Positions 1 to 30,790 of a stretch of 64,000 nt of DNA are shown piece by piece. The stretch lies in the NCBI RefSeq assembly GCF_009914755.1, contig NC_060925.1. The stretch is one strand, 5' to 3'. This DNA comes from the human T2T-CHM13v2.0 reference genome, Homo sapiens. The number at the start of each line of letters is the position of its first letter. The first letter of the stretch is position 1. The notes beneath the pieces are model-generated. The model saw only the letters and a program-made list of their open reading frames with translations, ran no database searches and was not told the origin of the DNA. The position numbers were made by a program, and so were the translations under genes.

Positions 1-991
<991 letters not shown>

Positions 992-1237
992 TAGCAGGCC
1001 CTTTTTGCACCACATTCCCGCTTTGATACCATAGTGTTTTTATTTGAGTCTTGCAAGTAAAGACTATTCTAAAGTTAGTTGGGAACTGAAGCCCAAGATA
1101 GAGATTGAGGCAAGTGAATATACACACAGACATTCAGACACACAAATTTAATTTTCTAGAAATCAGCAGATAGATAGCATCAGAAGACCTAAGAGAAAGC
1201 ATATCTTGGTTTAGTCTTGTGTTTTTGTTTTAGTTTT

Positions 1238-1761
<524 letters not shown>

Positions 1762-1998
1762 TAACTCCTAACATCAGGTGATCCACTCGCCTCGGCCTCC
1801 CAAAGTGCTGGGATTACAGGCGTGAGCCACCGCGCCCTGCGATTTAGTTGTTTTTAATTAATAATGTGCTTCAGAACCCCCAGGGGAGTTCCCCCATTTC
1901 CCCACCGCCTTCCCGCCTTTACAGTATGAAAATGCCCAGGCCCTATCTATTCTAGACCTTCTGAAGTAGAACATGAGGGAGAAGGTGAAGTATTGTAG

Positions 1999-2229
<231 letters not shown>

Positions 2230-2990
2230 TAGAGACAGGGTCTTCCTATGTTACTTAGGCTGGTCTCAAAGTCCTGGGCTCAAATGATCCTCCTGCCTCA
2301 GCCTCCCGAAGTGCTAGGACTACAGGTGTGAACCACCATACCATGCCATTAACATGGTTTTTGTTTTTGTTTTTGAGACAGAGTCTCACTCTGTCACCGA
2401 GGCTGGAGTGTAGTGGCAGGATCTTGGCTCACTGCAACCTGTGCCTCCCGGGTTCAAGTGATTCTACTGCCTCTGCCTCCTGAGTAGCTGAGATTACAGG
2501 CAATGCGCCACCACACCTGGCTAATATTTGTATTGTTAGTAGAGATGAGGGGTTTCGCCATGTTGGTCAGGCTGATGTTGAACTCCTGACCTCAGGTGAT
2601 CCACCTGCCTCGGCCTCCCAAAGTACTAAGATTACAGGCGTGAGCTCCTGCGCCCGGCTGTGGGTTTTTCTTTTTTAATGGATTAAATGGAAATACAGAT
2701 AGTGTCTAATTCTGTTTCAGTAGGTTTCGATAGGTTTAGCGCACATGAAATACCTAGCATATACTAGGTGGTAATTTCTCGAAGCCAAGGAGAAAGAGTA
2801 GAAGTCAAGGGTAGTGTCATGGGAGCCCTGGAGGTCGATGCTAGGAAGTGGGAATAAACATACTCTTTTTTAGCCTTCCATTCTGTGGAATACTTGAATT
2901 ATTTAAGAATCAGGCCAGGCACGGTGGCTCACACCTGTAATCCCAGCACTTTGGGAGCACGAGGTCAGGAGATCGAGACCATCCTGGCTA

Positions 2991-3221
<231 letters not shown>

Positions 3222-3324
3222 TCATTCAGTCTTTTCTCTTGAAATTGACTGTGGCATATCTTAATAACTTTCTTGCTGCTTTATATGATCTTTTCATAGA
3301 ATGTGTGAAAACTCTGGGACTTGG

Positions 3325-3950
3325 AAAAAAATAGAGTGGTATATCATGTTCCTGGATGGAAAAACTCAATATTATAAAAGTATGTGTTCCATAAAATTAA
3401 TTAAAATTAATATTATTACATTAAGTATCCCAGTAGGGGTTTTAAAAATTATTCTATTTGATGATAGATAGGGCAGGATAATATGTGAAAGGCAAGACAA
3501 TCTTGAATTAGAAGAATTATGAAGGCAGGGGGCAGTAGGGGAATATAGAACCTTGTTCTATAGTAGGGTCTTAAATATGATACTGGTATGGGAATGCTGA
3601 ATTGTTACAAATAAACAGATTCATGTCTATATAACAGTAGAGTATATAGATCATTCGTGTTTGGATGGTCTACTGGCCATTTTGGGGAAAAAGTTAGATC
3701 TTTTTCTTATTCCAAATGCCAATACATATCCTATTTGAATTCAATATATGAATATAAGAAAATGAAACTATTAAAGTACTGAAAGAAAATGTAGGTAAAT
3801 ATCTTGGGATGGTACGCTTTCCAAGCGTAAACAAAAAAAATTAATTCAAAAGAATGAGATTTGACTACATTGAAAACATTGTCACATTTTGAAAAAGGTA
3901 AATGTCTTTGAAATATCAGAGAACGGACTTTTCAGAACAAGGTATTGAAC
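3325..3950 (+). mobile_element. Degraded L1M ORF2 3' fragment
   Basis: catgttcctggatggaaaaactcaatattataaaag; ctggccatttggggaaaaagttagatc; aaaatgaaactattaaagtactgaaagaaaatgtagg. Confidence 0.6.
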
Positions 3951-4024
3951 AGATAAAAACAATAGATAACCACTTGAGTCATTTTAGATTCCACTGTGCT
4001 TCACATCCCTAATTTCTATTCCAG

Positions 4025-4525
4025 TCACCATTCATGCTTTCATTCAACAAGTGTTTGAGTGCCTGTTATGCATGAGGAACCATTGTAGGTACGGAGGATA
4101 CAGTAATGAATAAAATGGAGAAAATCTCTGCTCTATGGAGTTTACATTCCAGGGATGGGGTGGGAATAACTGCTAAACAAATAATTAATGTACAACATTT
4201 TAAATAAAACATTTCTATAGAGGAAGATAAAGCAGACAATAGAGATACAGTGTACTTCGGTGGAGAGGGTATTGCAATTCTGAACAGTGGCAGTTAAGCA
4301 AAGATCTGAAAGAAATGAGAAGTCATATGGGTATCTGATAGGAGGAACATTCCAGGTAGAAGGAACAGCAAGGGCAAAGATTATGAGGCAGGAGAGTGTT
4401 GTATATGTTTTGTGAACATCAAAGAGGCAGCATAGAGGCAGTAGCTGAACATGAGTGAGCAAGGTGGTGAATAACAGTAGATGAGATCAGGGGAATAACA
4501 GGTTATAGATAATGTAGGGCCTTTT
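4025..4525 (-). mobile_element. L2 3' end fragment
   Basis: cattcaacaagtgtttgagtgcc...ggatacagtaatgaataaaa...cattccaggtagaaggaacagcaagggcaaag is typical of the antisense L2 3' end. Confidence 0.7.
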
Positions 4526-4700
4526 AAGGTCAGATAATTTGTTGTGGGGGCTGTTCTGTACATTGTAGGACGTTTCAGCATCCCTGGTTTCTATCTACTA
4601 GATTTCAACAGCACACCCAAGCTCTGACAACCAAAACTGCCTCCAGACATTGTCAGATTTTCTAGATTTGGGGAGCAAAATTGCTCTGGTTAAGAACCAC
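4525..4700. mobile_element. MER20 hAT-Charlie fossil (partial)
   Basis: gataatttgttgtgggggctgttctgtacattgtaggacgtttcagcatccctgg...gacaaccaaaac.gcctccagacattg...ggttaagaaccac. Confidence 0.8.
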
Positions 4701-4709
4701 AGCTCTGCT

Positions 4710-6928
<2,219 letters not shown>

Positions 6929-6930
6929 CC

Positions 6931-7903
6931 TGTATCAGAGGACAGAAACCACACAGTAATTTGAATATGGAAAGTTTAACATAAAGAATTATTTACCATT
7001 AATGGGGAATTAACTCTAAGGCTTAAAGAGAATGCTAAAGATACAGAATAACAGTAGAGGGAGCGGCCACTGCCTCTAGGTCTGAGGCAAAGTTAACAAG
7101 GATGGAATAAATCTGGATGATGGCCAGCCCACCAGCTTCAAGGCTGAGATTCAGATCTTGTTGGAGAAGGTGTGGTCCACTGGATGCTGGAAACATCTGA
7201 GGTGGGGCAGGCTTTTGCTGGCAATTAAAAAATGCCCCCCTGGGGTGCCAATAAAAGTCAGTAGGATGGTGAGTCCCTCATCTCTACGAAAAATAAAAAT
7301 ATTAGCTGGACATACTGGTGTGCACCTATGGTCCCAGCTACTTGAGAGGCTGAGGTGGAAGGATTGCTTGAGGCCAGGAGATCAAGGCTGCAGTGCACTC
7401 ACTGTGTTTGTACCACTGCACTCCAGCCTGGGCAACAGAGGATACTGTGTCTCAAAAAAAAGTCACTAGGAAGCCCCTTGCTGAATCTGGCTAAGAAGAT
7501 AGGCTGGGACACTGGCAAAATTCTCTGGGAAGTCTGTCTCCCATAGGGGTGCTGCTGAAACTTGCAGGGTAGGTGCTTTCTGGAGTGCTGACAAAACTTG
7601 TCAGGAAACTACTCATGCGTGTGTGCCTGTGTCACTGAGACTTGCTGGGGAGTTGGTCTCTGGGAGGGCCATTTGGAGTCCTGCACAACACCTCCACTGG
7701 AGCAAGCCGGCTAGAGAACAGTGTTAACAGGAAGAGAAGCCCCTTCCTTCTAGAGTATTCCTCCAGTGCCATCTACTGACAAAGGTTAACATTGTGCCAG
7801 CTGGCAAAGGAGAAAGTTTTGCAGGGTCCATCTCCATTATGTAAAGCAGGGCAGAGAAGAGTGGGTTTGGAGTTGAGAGGCAATCCATTTGTAACTGGTG
7901 AGA
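6931..7903 (-). mobile_element. ERVL LTR (LTR41/LTR33-like), 5' LTR of the adjacent internal remnant
   Basis: The reverse complement begins ccagttacaaatggattgcctctcaactccaaacccactcttctctgccctgcttt...atggaccctgcaaaac...gccagctggcacaatgttaa and ends ...ctgataca. Confidence 0.65.
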
Positions 7904-7929
7904 ACCCACATAGTTACATTGCCATACTC

Positions 7930-11130
<3,201 letters not shown>

Positions 11131-11350
11131 TTTGTTGTCTGAGCGCAGTCTCTAGAACAAGGGTCAACAAGCTGTAGCTCACAGGCCAAATTCTAGTCGG
11201 TAGCCTATTTTTGTATTATCCACAAGCTAAAAACGGCTCTTGCTTTTTTTTTTTTTTTTTTTTTTGTGACAGGGCCTTGCTATGTTACTCAGGCTGGGGT
11301 GCAGTGGCACCATCACAGCTCACTGCTGCCTTGACCCCTGGGCTCAATAG

Positions 11351-11630
<280 letters not shown>

Positions 11631-12189
11631 TAGCCAGGATGGTCTCGATCTCCTGACCTCATGATCCGCCCTCCTCGGCCTTCCAAAATGCTGGGATTAC
11701 AGGTGTGAGCCACAGCGCCCAGCCTAATTTGACTATTTTTTTGTAGAGATGGGATCTTACTATGTTGCTAAGTTGGTCTCAAACTTCTGGGCTTATGTGA
11801 TCCTCCAGCCTTGACCTCCTAAAGTGCTGGGATTACAGGTGTGAGCTACTGCACCCAGTCTGGCTTTTGCATTTTAAAGAGCTGTTTTTAAAAAGAGAGC
11901 CTGATGTGGTGGCTCATGCCTGCAATCTCAGCTACTCTGGAGGCTGGAGGTGGGAGGATTGCTTGAGGCCAGGAGTTTGAGACCAGCCTGAGCAATACAG
12001 GGAAACACTGTCTCCAAAAAAAAAAAAAAATTATCCAGGGCATAGTGACCACGCCTATATTCCTAGCTCCACCAGAGGTTGAGGTGGGAGGATCACTTGA
12101 GTCTAGGAGTTCGAGTCCAACCTGGGAAACCTGGCAAAAAAAAAAAAACAAAAAAACCTTGTCTTTGCAAAAAATCCAGAAATTAGTTA

Positions 12190-15620
<3,431 letters not shown>

Positions 15621-16478
15621 TCTTTTAAATTCTTTAATCACATTATGGCTCTACTTAAAATTTTTCAGTGGCTTTCCAGTAACCATATGATAAAGTTCAA
15701 AATCATTCAAGGTTGGGCATATATGGTCCTGATTATATATTTAGTTTTATGTCTTGTTTCTTTTACACCTATACTCCATTTCTTCTGTTGTGGACCTCCT
15801 CTACTAAAACTTTCTTACCTTTCCCTATAGCAAATGCTTTTTCATCCTTCTGATCTCATGGATGCCTTTTAAATTTGTAGACTAGGTTAAGTCACTGCTA
15901 AATACATTTCATAGCATTTTCTTCTTCCCCATGATACCATTCATCTAACTATGTAATTGTTTGTGTAATATCTACATTTCCTGATAAACTGAAAAGTACA
16001 GAAATGCTTCATTTTCAGATCTGTTTTAACATAGTTTTAATGCAGACCAGCACTGTTTGTGCCTGATTTGTAGTAGGCAAATATGCAATAAATTACCGTT
16101 GGCTAACTGACTGAACTGGGCATGTTAACTTTCTGAATGTCCTTGGGTGATTTCTTTTTCCTCATCTCTAAAATGAGAGATCTCTGTTAATACTAAATTA
16201 TCTTTAAAATTACTTTCATCTTTTGAATTCTTAGTAGTATCATTTAGTAGGCATGATAGAGAGACTAACTGAATTTGAACATAAAAGTCCACATTAGAGT
16301 AAGGGGAGCAAACACTGCATTGGTAGTGAAAATTTGGTAGGTTTAGGTTTTAGTGCTGTGCAGTTTAGAAAGCTTTCAGGGTATGAATGCAGTGCAAAAA
16401 CCCCTGTACCTTGGTACAGTGTCTGGCTGTGACATCACATGGGTACCCTTGGACAAACAGAATTCCCTTAGAAGGTAA

Positions 16479-16782
<304 letters not shown>

Positions 16783-16891
16783 TAGCTAGGATGGTCTCGA
16801 TCTCCTGACCTTGTGATCTGCCCGCCTCGGCCTCCCAAAGTGCTGGGATTACAGGCGTGAGCCACCGCGCCTGGCTATTACTATTTTTTGA

Positions 16892-17044
<153 letters not shown>

Positions 17045-17056
17045 TAATTTTTTTGA

Positions 17057-17451
<395 letters not shown>

Positions 17452-17684
17452 TGAGAAATAGGAGTTCATTCATTGAGAAATTTCAGACTTTTAGGCCCAA
17501 TCTCTCATAATTTGGTGGTTGAGCTGGTCTAGAACCCTAGTCGCCTGAACTAGTCTACTTTAGTGTTCCGCTTGAAGTACTAGAATCAAAGTGAGTTTTC
17601 GTAGTTAAGAGTGGATGATAAGACGGGTGTGGTGGTTCACGGCTGTAATCCCAGCTCTTTCGGAGGCCAAGAGGGATGAAATCA

Positions 17685-18002
<318 letters not shown>

Positions 18003-18934
18003 TTAGAGCAGACAGCCTTGTTTGAAAGAGGAAAAGTGGTGTGAATGACAGAAAATGGAAGACATGTTAGAATGGTATGTGAATTTGGGGAGAAATGGTG
18101 GGTGGGTTTGAGAGAGGTTCTATAGCACAGTTGCCTTCCTGACTAAATATGGATGCCAACCTCATTGAATCTGAGAAATGAAACAAGATGACTTAATTGT
18201 TGACATTTTATAATATTAATTTTATAATTTTGGTTATACATGGTACAAGTTTGGGGATCTTTATGAAAATGAGTTATTTAAATAAACTTTATTCTTTGAA
18301 TGCATTTTTGTAAATTTAGCTTATTTCTTTGACATAGACCGAAATGTTTTTCTTAAATTTTAAGAATAGCTTTATGATTGCATTATGTATTCAACAAACA
18401 CATATTTGTCCTTTAAATTGTGCTGGGCATTGCCTTAGATTTGTTCCTTAGACTTGTAAGGAAAGGATAAAATAGTTTTAGGTAATTGAGCAATAAAGAA
18501 TTTAGTCAGAATAATTTGTCTAATATTTGGCTTTGTACTGATCATTTATATGTGTATAATGATTATATATTCTGAAAGGGGAGATTACACATAAGAAACT
18601 AGGTTATCCTGTCTCATCTATCTCTTTAAAAACCTTGTAATTGTTTTGTTAGTAGATTTTTAGGGATAGGTTGGGGAAAGCAGTTGTCTGCCTTTGTAAT
18701 TACACTTTATATTTGCGATCTCAAAATACTTTATGGTGATTGCTTGAGCCCAGGAGCTTGAGGCTACAGTGAGCTATGATCGCACCACTGTAGTCCAGCC
18801 TGGCCGACAGAGTAAGACTCTGTCTTAAAAAAAAACCCACAAGAAAACTACTTTAGAATATTCTGATTTATTTATTTTTCAAGTAATTCTATAACAGAAC
18901 TATATTTAAGGGACATCTTCTTAAAAAAACTTAA

Positions 18935-19105
<171 letters not shown>

Positions 19106-19361
19106 TGAGATTAAGGCACCCACCACCATGCCCGGCTAATGTTTGTATATTTTTTTTTAGTAGAGATGGGGTTTCACCATGTTGGCCAGGCTGGTCTCGA
19201 ATTCCTGACTTCAAGTGATCTACCTGCCTCGGCCTCCCAAAGTGTTGGGATTACAGGCGTGAGCCACCTCGTCCAAGCATTTTATGGTTATCTTTGAATG
19301 TCTTACTTTTATTATGAAGGCAGCATTGTTGTAGATGATTTGAAAGATTTTAAAAGGTATA

Positions 19362-19489
19362 AGCTCACAAGTGTAGGTAGTGTGCTACATGAGGGGCAAG
19401 TTTTTCACTAATATTACAAGGGTCTCTGATCCAGTGAGTGGAGTTTGATAGTAATTTTTGATACAAGTGAAAATAAATAAATAAAAATA
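19362..19489 (+). pseudogene. 5'-truncated SNORA62 (E2) H/ACA snoRNA retrocopy
   Basis: Matches the recalled 3' two-thirds of SNORA62 (CAAGTGTAGGTAGTGTGCTACATGAGGGGCAAGTTTT...CAAGGGTCTCTG..C..TGAGTGGAGTTTGATAGTAATT.TTG.TACAAGT). ACA box at 19463-19465, A-rich tail 19470-19489, TSD AAAAGGTATA at 19352-19361 and 19490-19499. Confidence 0.85.
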
Positions 19490-19640
19490 AAAAGGTATAC
19501 AGAAAAGATAAAAATCTCTTGTAATTTTACTACTCACTGTATTTATTTACAATTATACATAAATTTATGTTGCATACGTATGTATTTTATTTTTTAAATG
19601 AATGTATGCTAAAATTCCTTTTTTCTTTTCTTTTTTTTGA

Positions 19641-19799
<159 letters not shown>

Positions 19800-20110
19800 T
19801 AGTAGAGACAAGGTTTTACCATGTTGGCCAGGTTGGTCTCGAGCTCCTGACCTCAGGTGATCTGTCTGCCTCGGCCTCCCAAAGTGCTAGGATTACAGGT
19901 GTGAGCCACCGCATTCGGCCTCTTTTTTCTTTTTCTAATTCACACGAGTATGAAAATCTATAAAATTCCTTTTTTGACATTTGGTGCATACTGGATTGAA
20001 TTTTAAACACACACATAGATTCTTATAAACACCACCGCAAACAGTATACGCTTCTATCACCCCATTTTTGGGGTGCTTTCTTTTGTAGTCATAGCCTCTA
20101 TTCACCTTTA

Positions 20111-20527
<417 letters not shown>

Positions 20528-21650
20528 TCATAGAATCAGTATTTTATCACTTCAGACCTGGCGTGGTGGCTCATTCTGTAATCCCAGCACTGAGCCATGA
20601 GCGTACCACTGTACCCTAGTCTGGGTGACAGAGGGAGACTGTGTCTCAAAAAAAAAAGTCACTTCAAGTGAGATCTAGACAATGAATTTGGAGGGCTGTT
20701 TTACTCTCCCTTTTATGTTGTAGTTTCCATATATGTATATATTGAAAACCGTGTAATATTTTTTACACTCCACTGTTAAACATAGGTTAAAGAAGTGAAA
20801 AATAAAGCAATAGTCTATATATAGAAATAGTTATATTTATTCAGATATTTATTATTTCTGTTGCTCTTCATTCTCAATTTTCTACATTTTCTTCTGATAT
20901 TATTTCACTTTTGTATGAAGAGCCTTTCTTTTTCTTTTTCCTTTTTTTTCGAGACGAGGTCTCACTCTGTCACCCAGGCTGGAGTGCAGTGGTGATCCTA
21001 GCTCACTGCAGCCTCAAACTTTGGGCTCAAGCGATCCTCCCATCTTGGCCTCCCAAAGTGCTGGCATTACAGTCATGAGCCACCATACCCTGCCTGTTTT
21101 TCTTTCTTTTGGCATCCATGGTTTCTGATGGAAAGTCTGTAGTTATAAGTAATGTGTTGTTTGTTTCTGACTGTTCAAAGATTTTTGTTGTTGTTGTTGT
21201 TTAGGTTTTGGCAGTTTGATTATGAGTGTCTTGGTGTATATATCTTTGGGTTTTCCTGTTTGACGTTTGCTTAGCTTCTTGAATCTGCAGATATCTATCT
21301 GTCTTTCATCAAATTTGGGAAGTTTTCAGCCATTATTTCTTCAGATATTTTTTTCTGCTCTGCAGTCTTTCTCCTCTGCTTCTGGAACTCTGATGCCATA
21401 AATAATATACCTTTTTATACCTTTATTTTGATAAAATATACATAACATAAAATCTTCCATTTAACCATTTTTAGGTGTATAATTCAGTGGCATTAAGTAC
21501 ATTCGCATTGTTGTGCTACTATTAACACCATCCATATCCAGAACCCTCTACCATATTCTTTTTAAAGTCTGCGTAGAATTTCGTGTTTAATCTGTCTTAA
21601 TAAATTAACCATTTCCCTGCAGTGGTACTAGTACTTTTTTTATTGTTTAA

Positions 21651-22778
<1,128 letters not shown>

Positions 22779-22900
22779 TAAAGGTTGTGTGTATTGGCTA
22801 AAATGAAGCCTTTATTATTGGAATTTTTATTTTAAAAATTTATGTTAAAAATGTATATTATATTTTAAAGGTGTATATAATATGATCTATGTGAAAAAAT

Positions 22901-23047
22901 GTGAGCCTGAAAGGGCCGGTCTTTCAAGTTGGATCCCAAGTGGCTAACTGGGCCTAAATTTAAAATAGAGCCTAGCAACCATTTGCTGACTAGAGGTCAT
23001 TCACATACTCTTAGTTCCTGAAAACTCACACCTCTGCTTAACTTTAG
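22901..23047 (+). mobile_element. ERV1 (MER4-group) LTR fragment
   Basis: ggatcccaagtggctaactgggcctaaatttaaaatagagcc...ccatttgctgactagaggtca resembles a MER4-group LTR 5' part; family not resolved. Confidence 0.45.
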
Positions 23048-23229
23048 GTATCACTAATTGAAGAGAAGCAGTCCAAGGTTTTTATTTTTACCTTAAATAA
23101 TTGAGAAAACTTTTATTTGTTGTTTTAGTTATAAGTTTTATAATTTACATCATGTTTGCTATAGACTTTAGGAAGCACTGAAAATAGTTTCTTTGAGGAA
23201 TGCCATGATTTTATCATAAATATTCCTGA

Positions 23230-23737
<508 letters not shown>

Positions 23738-23872
23738 TAGTTTGATTTCTATCCTTAACTTTTGTGAAAAGAAGTCATTAAAAAAATAATTTTGGCTGGG
23801 CGCAGTGGCTCATGCCTAATCCTAGCACTTTGGGAGGCCGAGGCGGGCGTATCACCTGAGGTCAGGAGTTCA

Positions 23873-24112
<240 letters not shown>

Positions 24113-25364
24113 TTAAGGTGATGGCCTTTTTTTTTTTTTAAAGCTATTTTCTCAGTAATGGGCTCTGTTCTCTATATTCAGTGATACATTTTGACTATTT
24201 TATGTTTATCAGGTTATTGTAGCTATTCAAACAAGTTTTTTCATTAAAATATATAATGTAAATTTAACACTCAAAAGATACGTTTTGCAAAACTTCAATA
24301 GAACATTTTTAGTAGCTGGCTTGTTAAGTTTTTTTCTGAACTTGAAAGTAATTCAGTTGCTTTATTTTATACAATTTGAGTTGTAAAATGCAACTTAACT
24401 CCATTGCTTCTACGTAGAACTTTGGTTTTTATTTTATATAACCTTTAAAAAAAGTTCTACTAAAAAAAATTACTACCAGCACATGAAATGTGTATTACAG
24501 ACAATAAGTGTACCTACAGCAAGTTGACAGTTAGCCAGTCTTTTTTTGATGGAGAAACCAAGCCTGTTTTTAGTTTATGTCAGTGTAATTTCTGTGAACT
24601 AATCATTTTGTTTAAGTAACTTTACATAAATTTTGAAATGAATAAAAATGCGAAAAGAAGATGTATTTGCTTCTTTTTTAAAGGAAGAATTGTTAATGTC
24701 TTAAAAAGTCAGGCTCACCCCTGTAACCCTAGCACTTTGGGAGGCTGAGTTGGGAGGATCGCTTTAGCCTGGGGGTTTGGGACCAGAATTGGCAACAGTG
24801 AGACCCTGTCTCTACAAAAAAATAAAGAAAAAAATTCACTGGATGTACCTGTAGTCCCAACTACTCAGGAGGCTGAGACGGAAGGATTGCTGGCGCCCAG
24901 GAGTTCAAGGCTGTGGTGAGCAAAGATCATGACACTGCACCCTGGCCTGGGTGACAGAGTGAGTCCCTGTCTGGGGGAAAAAAAAAATTATTGTTATTTT
25001 TTAAAAGTCATTTAATTAAAAAGAAATACTTTATGTATAGAGAATTAGACCTACTTTTTATAGTTTTCTTAACAAGTATTCAGTGTCCATTATATAATAC
25101 TAATTCAAGTTTTTAGTTTATGCCTAGCTTGAGAGTGAATTGTGAGCATTAAATTTGAACGTTTGGAAAGAGTTTTTAGGATTATGTAGCCCAACTTTAT
25201 TATATATTAATTATATGGGTTGAAGAAATCGAGTCCCAGAGGAGTGAAGTTTCTCCCTTAAGCTTTGTTTGTTAGTAGCAGAACAGTGACTAGACTATTA
25301 CAGTATTGAAATTAGTAGTCCTTCTCAAGACCTACTGTGTATTTGGTAGCAAATGTGTAATAGT

Positions 25365-28372
<3,008 letters not shown>

Positions 28373-29091
28373 TATAAAAAATATAATATCGCTGGGTGTG
28401 GTGGCTCATGCTTGCATTCCCAGCACTTTGGGAGGCTGAGGTGGGAAGATCACGAGGCCAGGAGTTCAAGACCAGCCTGGGCAATATAGCAATACCCAGT
28501 CTCTACAGAAAATTTTAAAAAATTAGCTGGGCGTGGTTGTGCACACCTCTAGTTCCAGCTACTTGGGAGTTGAGGTGGGAGGATCCCTTGAGCTCAGGAG
28601 TTTGAGGCTGCAGTGAGCCATGATCATGTTACTGCATTCCAGCCTGGGCAACAGAGCAAGACCCGTCTCAAAAAAATTTTTCCAAAACAAATTTCTCACA
28701 TTGAGAAACTTGAAAAAAATGATTGTAAAAATCATCAGGATTAATACATTTGAAAAACTAAGGGACATCCAAATCAGAGTAGCAACAGGGAAAGACTAAC
28801 ATTACTCATTGTGGCGGTTGAAGGAATAGGAATAGGATTGGACATTTGATTTGGAGTGGTCTGTTGAAAGTATACAAATTATTTGAAACTTCAGTGGAAA
28901 CTTTGGGAGTTTTGGAAAATTTAAAGTACACTCTATGGTTAAGTTTTTTAAATAAACAAGTTTCAAACTGCTTATTAACTAATAGAAATGATTCTTTTAT
29001 TTAGCAAAGACTGAGTTTTTGTTATATTTTACGCAGTGTTGTAGGTGCTAGGCTACTAAATACAGAACAAATAAAAATATCTTTGGGCTAG

Positions 29092-29901
29092 TGTGATACT
29101 GTGATATAATAGGAAATACATATTTGGTTTCTGCCCCAGGTTCCTGGCACACAGCTCCTAAAACTGTTGGAATCTCTGAAGTGATAAGTGTGGATTGTGT
29201 ACTAATGAGTGACTTGGGCTTAGGGCCAGGCCTTTCCATAGCTTCAGCATGGGGCTGGTCACCAAAAATACCAAGACATGACTAGAGGGCTAAACATCGA
29301 GTTGAGCAGCAGTGCCAATGATTTACTCAATCATGGCTGCATAATGAAGCCTCCATAAAAACCCCAAAGGCAAGGTTCAGAAAACTTCCGGATTGCTGAA
29401 CCACACAGAGGTGCTGGAAAGGTGGCATGCCCAGAGAAGACGTGGGAACTCCATGCCTCTCCCCAGCATGTATCATCCTATGCATCTCTTTCATCAGGTT
29501 GTTCACCTGTATCCTTTGTAGTATCCTTTATAATAAACCAGTAAATGTGTTCCCCTGAGATCCATGAGCTGCTTTAGCAAATTAATTGAACCTGAGGTGG
29601 GGGTTGCGCACACCCCAAGTTATATAGCTGGCCAGTTACAAGGTCAAGTCACAGCCTGGGGCTTGTGATTGGTATCTGAAGTGGGAGGCAGCCTTGTTGG
29701 ACTGAGCCTTCAACCTGTGGGATCTTACTCTTAATTCTAGGTAGATAGTGTCAGAATTGAAGTGAATTATAGGACACACAGTTGGTGTCTGCTAGATATT
29801 TGGTGTGTGATGAAAAAGTCCCACATATCTGGTCACTGAAATGTTCTGTGTTGCGAGACTGTTATAGCAGAAAAATAATCTTTTGTTTGTTTTTTTCTTC
29901 A
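29092..29901 (+). mobile_element. MER21-type solo LTR (ERVL group)
   Basis: Begins tgtgatactgtgatataataggaaatacatatttggtttctgcccc.ggttcctggcac.cagctcctaaaac; AATAAA at about 29532; ends ...ttttcttca. Confidence 0.8.
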
Positions 29902-30654
29902 GGGTGCACTTTTGCCTGCCCTGGCTTTGAGAAGTGTAGGATTTCTAATCCTTTATAGAATCTTGATTTCATTTAGGTTCTATTGAAAGAAACTAACTAG
30001 ATTGTTTTTTGTTTTTAATTTTTAACATTATTCTAAAGGTCTTTATATAAAGCGCTCCTTTTTATTGATTTTGTGTTTAGTCTCCAAAGTTGGATTAAAA
30101 CTCAAGGTTTGTATAACCCCTGTTATCTGTCAGCAGGTTGGTCTACAAAAAGAATGGGATATGACCTCATACAGCTTCAGAAACCTGTATGGGTACTTGA
30201 TTCTTTATAGCATTCCCAACTTGGGAGTAAAGTTATTATAGTTGTTACACAGTCACATTGGTCGTAGTATCACTAGGAAAGAGCTGTGAATTCTACTTTG
30301 TTCGGGAAGTTGGGTGTGTGTGGGTTGTGTGTGAGATTATGGTACCATAGAGGAGTAGCAGCTTTAGCTTGAAGCTGAGTATATGTTTACTATTGAATTA
30401 AGACTGGAAAAGCTTAAGCACTGTGCACAGTGACCCAGATGCTTGAAACTACCTGAAAGGTTGGGTGAGCAGCTATAGGTTATTTATCATGGCTGGAGCA
30501 TTTGCTTACAGGATGGGGATGTAATGGGAATGTGAAGGCAGGAAAAGATAAAGCTGTAGAGGAAATTAGGGCTAGATTTTGGAGAGTCTTATATATCCAC
30601 AGAAGTTTGGACATTTTTCTTGGGAGACTTTCAGAGCTGTGTGTGTGTGTGTGT

Positions 30655-30790
30655 GTGTGTCCTTCCCCTTAACCTCTCAGTACCTCCATTTCTTCACCTA
30701 TAAAATAGAGGTGTTAACAGTACCTACCTTATGAGATTTTTGGGAGATTAAATTGGATTAAATCATATAAAGTACTTGGAAAAAAAGTGT
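30655..30790. mobile_element. MIR fragment
   Basis: cttaacctctcagtacctccatttcttcacctataaaatagag...cagtacctaccttatgag is the MIR core; similar weak MIRs at about 16120, 17480, 25170 and 39760. Confidence 0.65.

Noticed and set aside
16364-16474. Possible exon ending GAAG|gtaaat
   Set aside because: Acceptors are weak or ambiguous and no recognisable peptide; cannot be supported from sequence alone.
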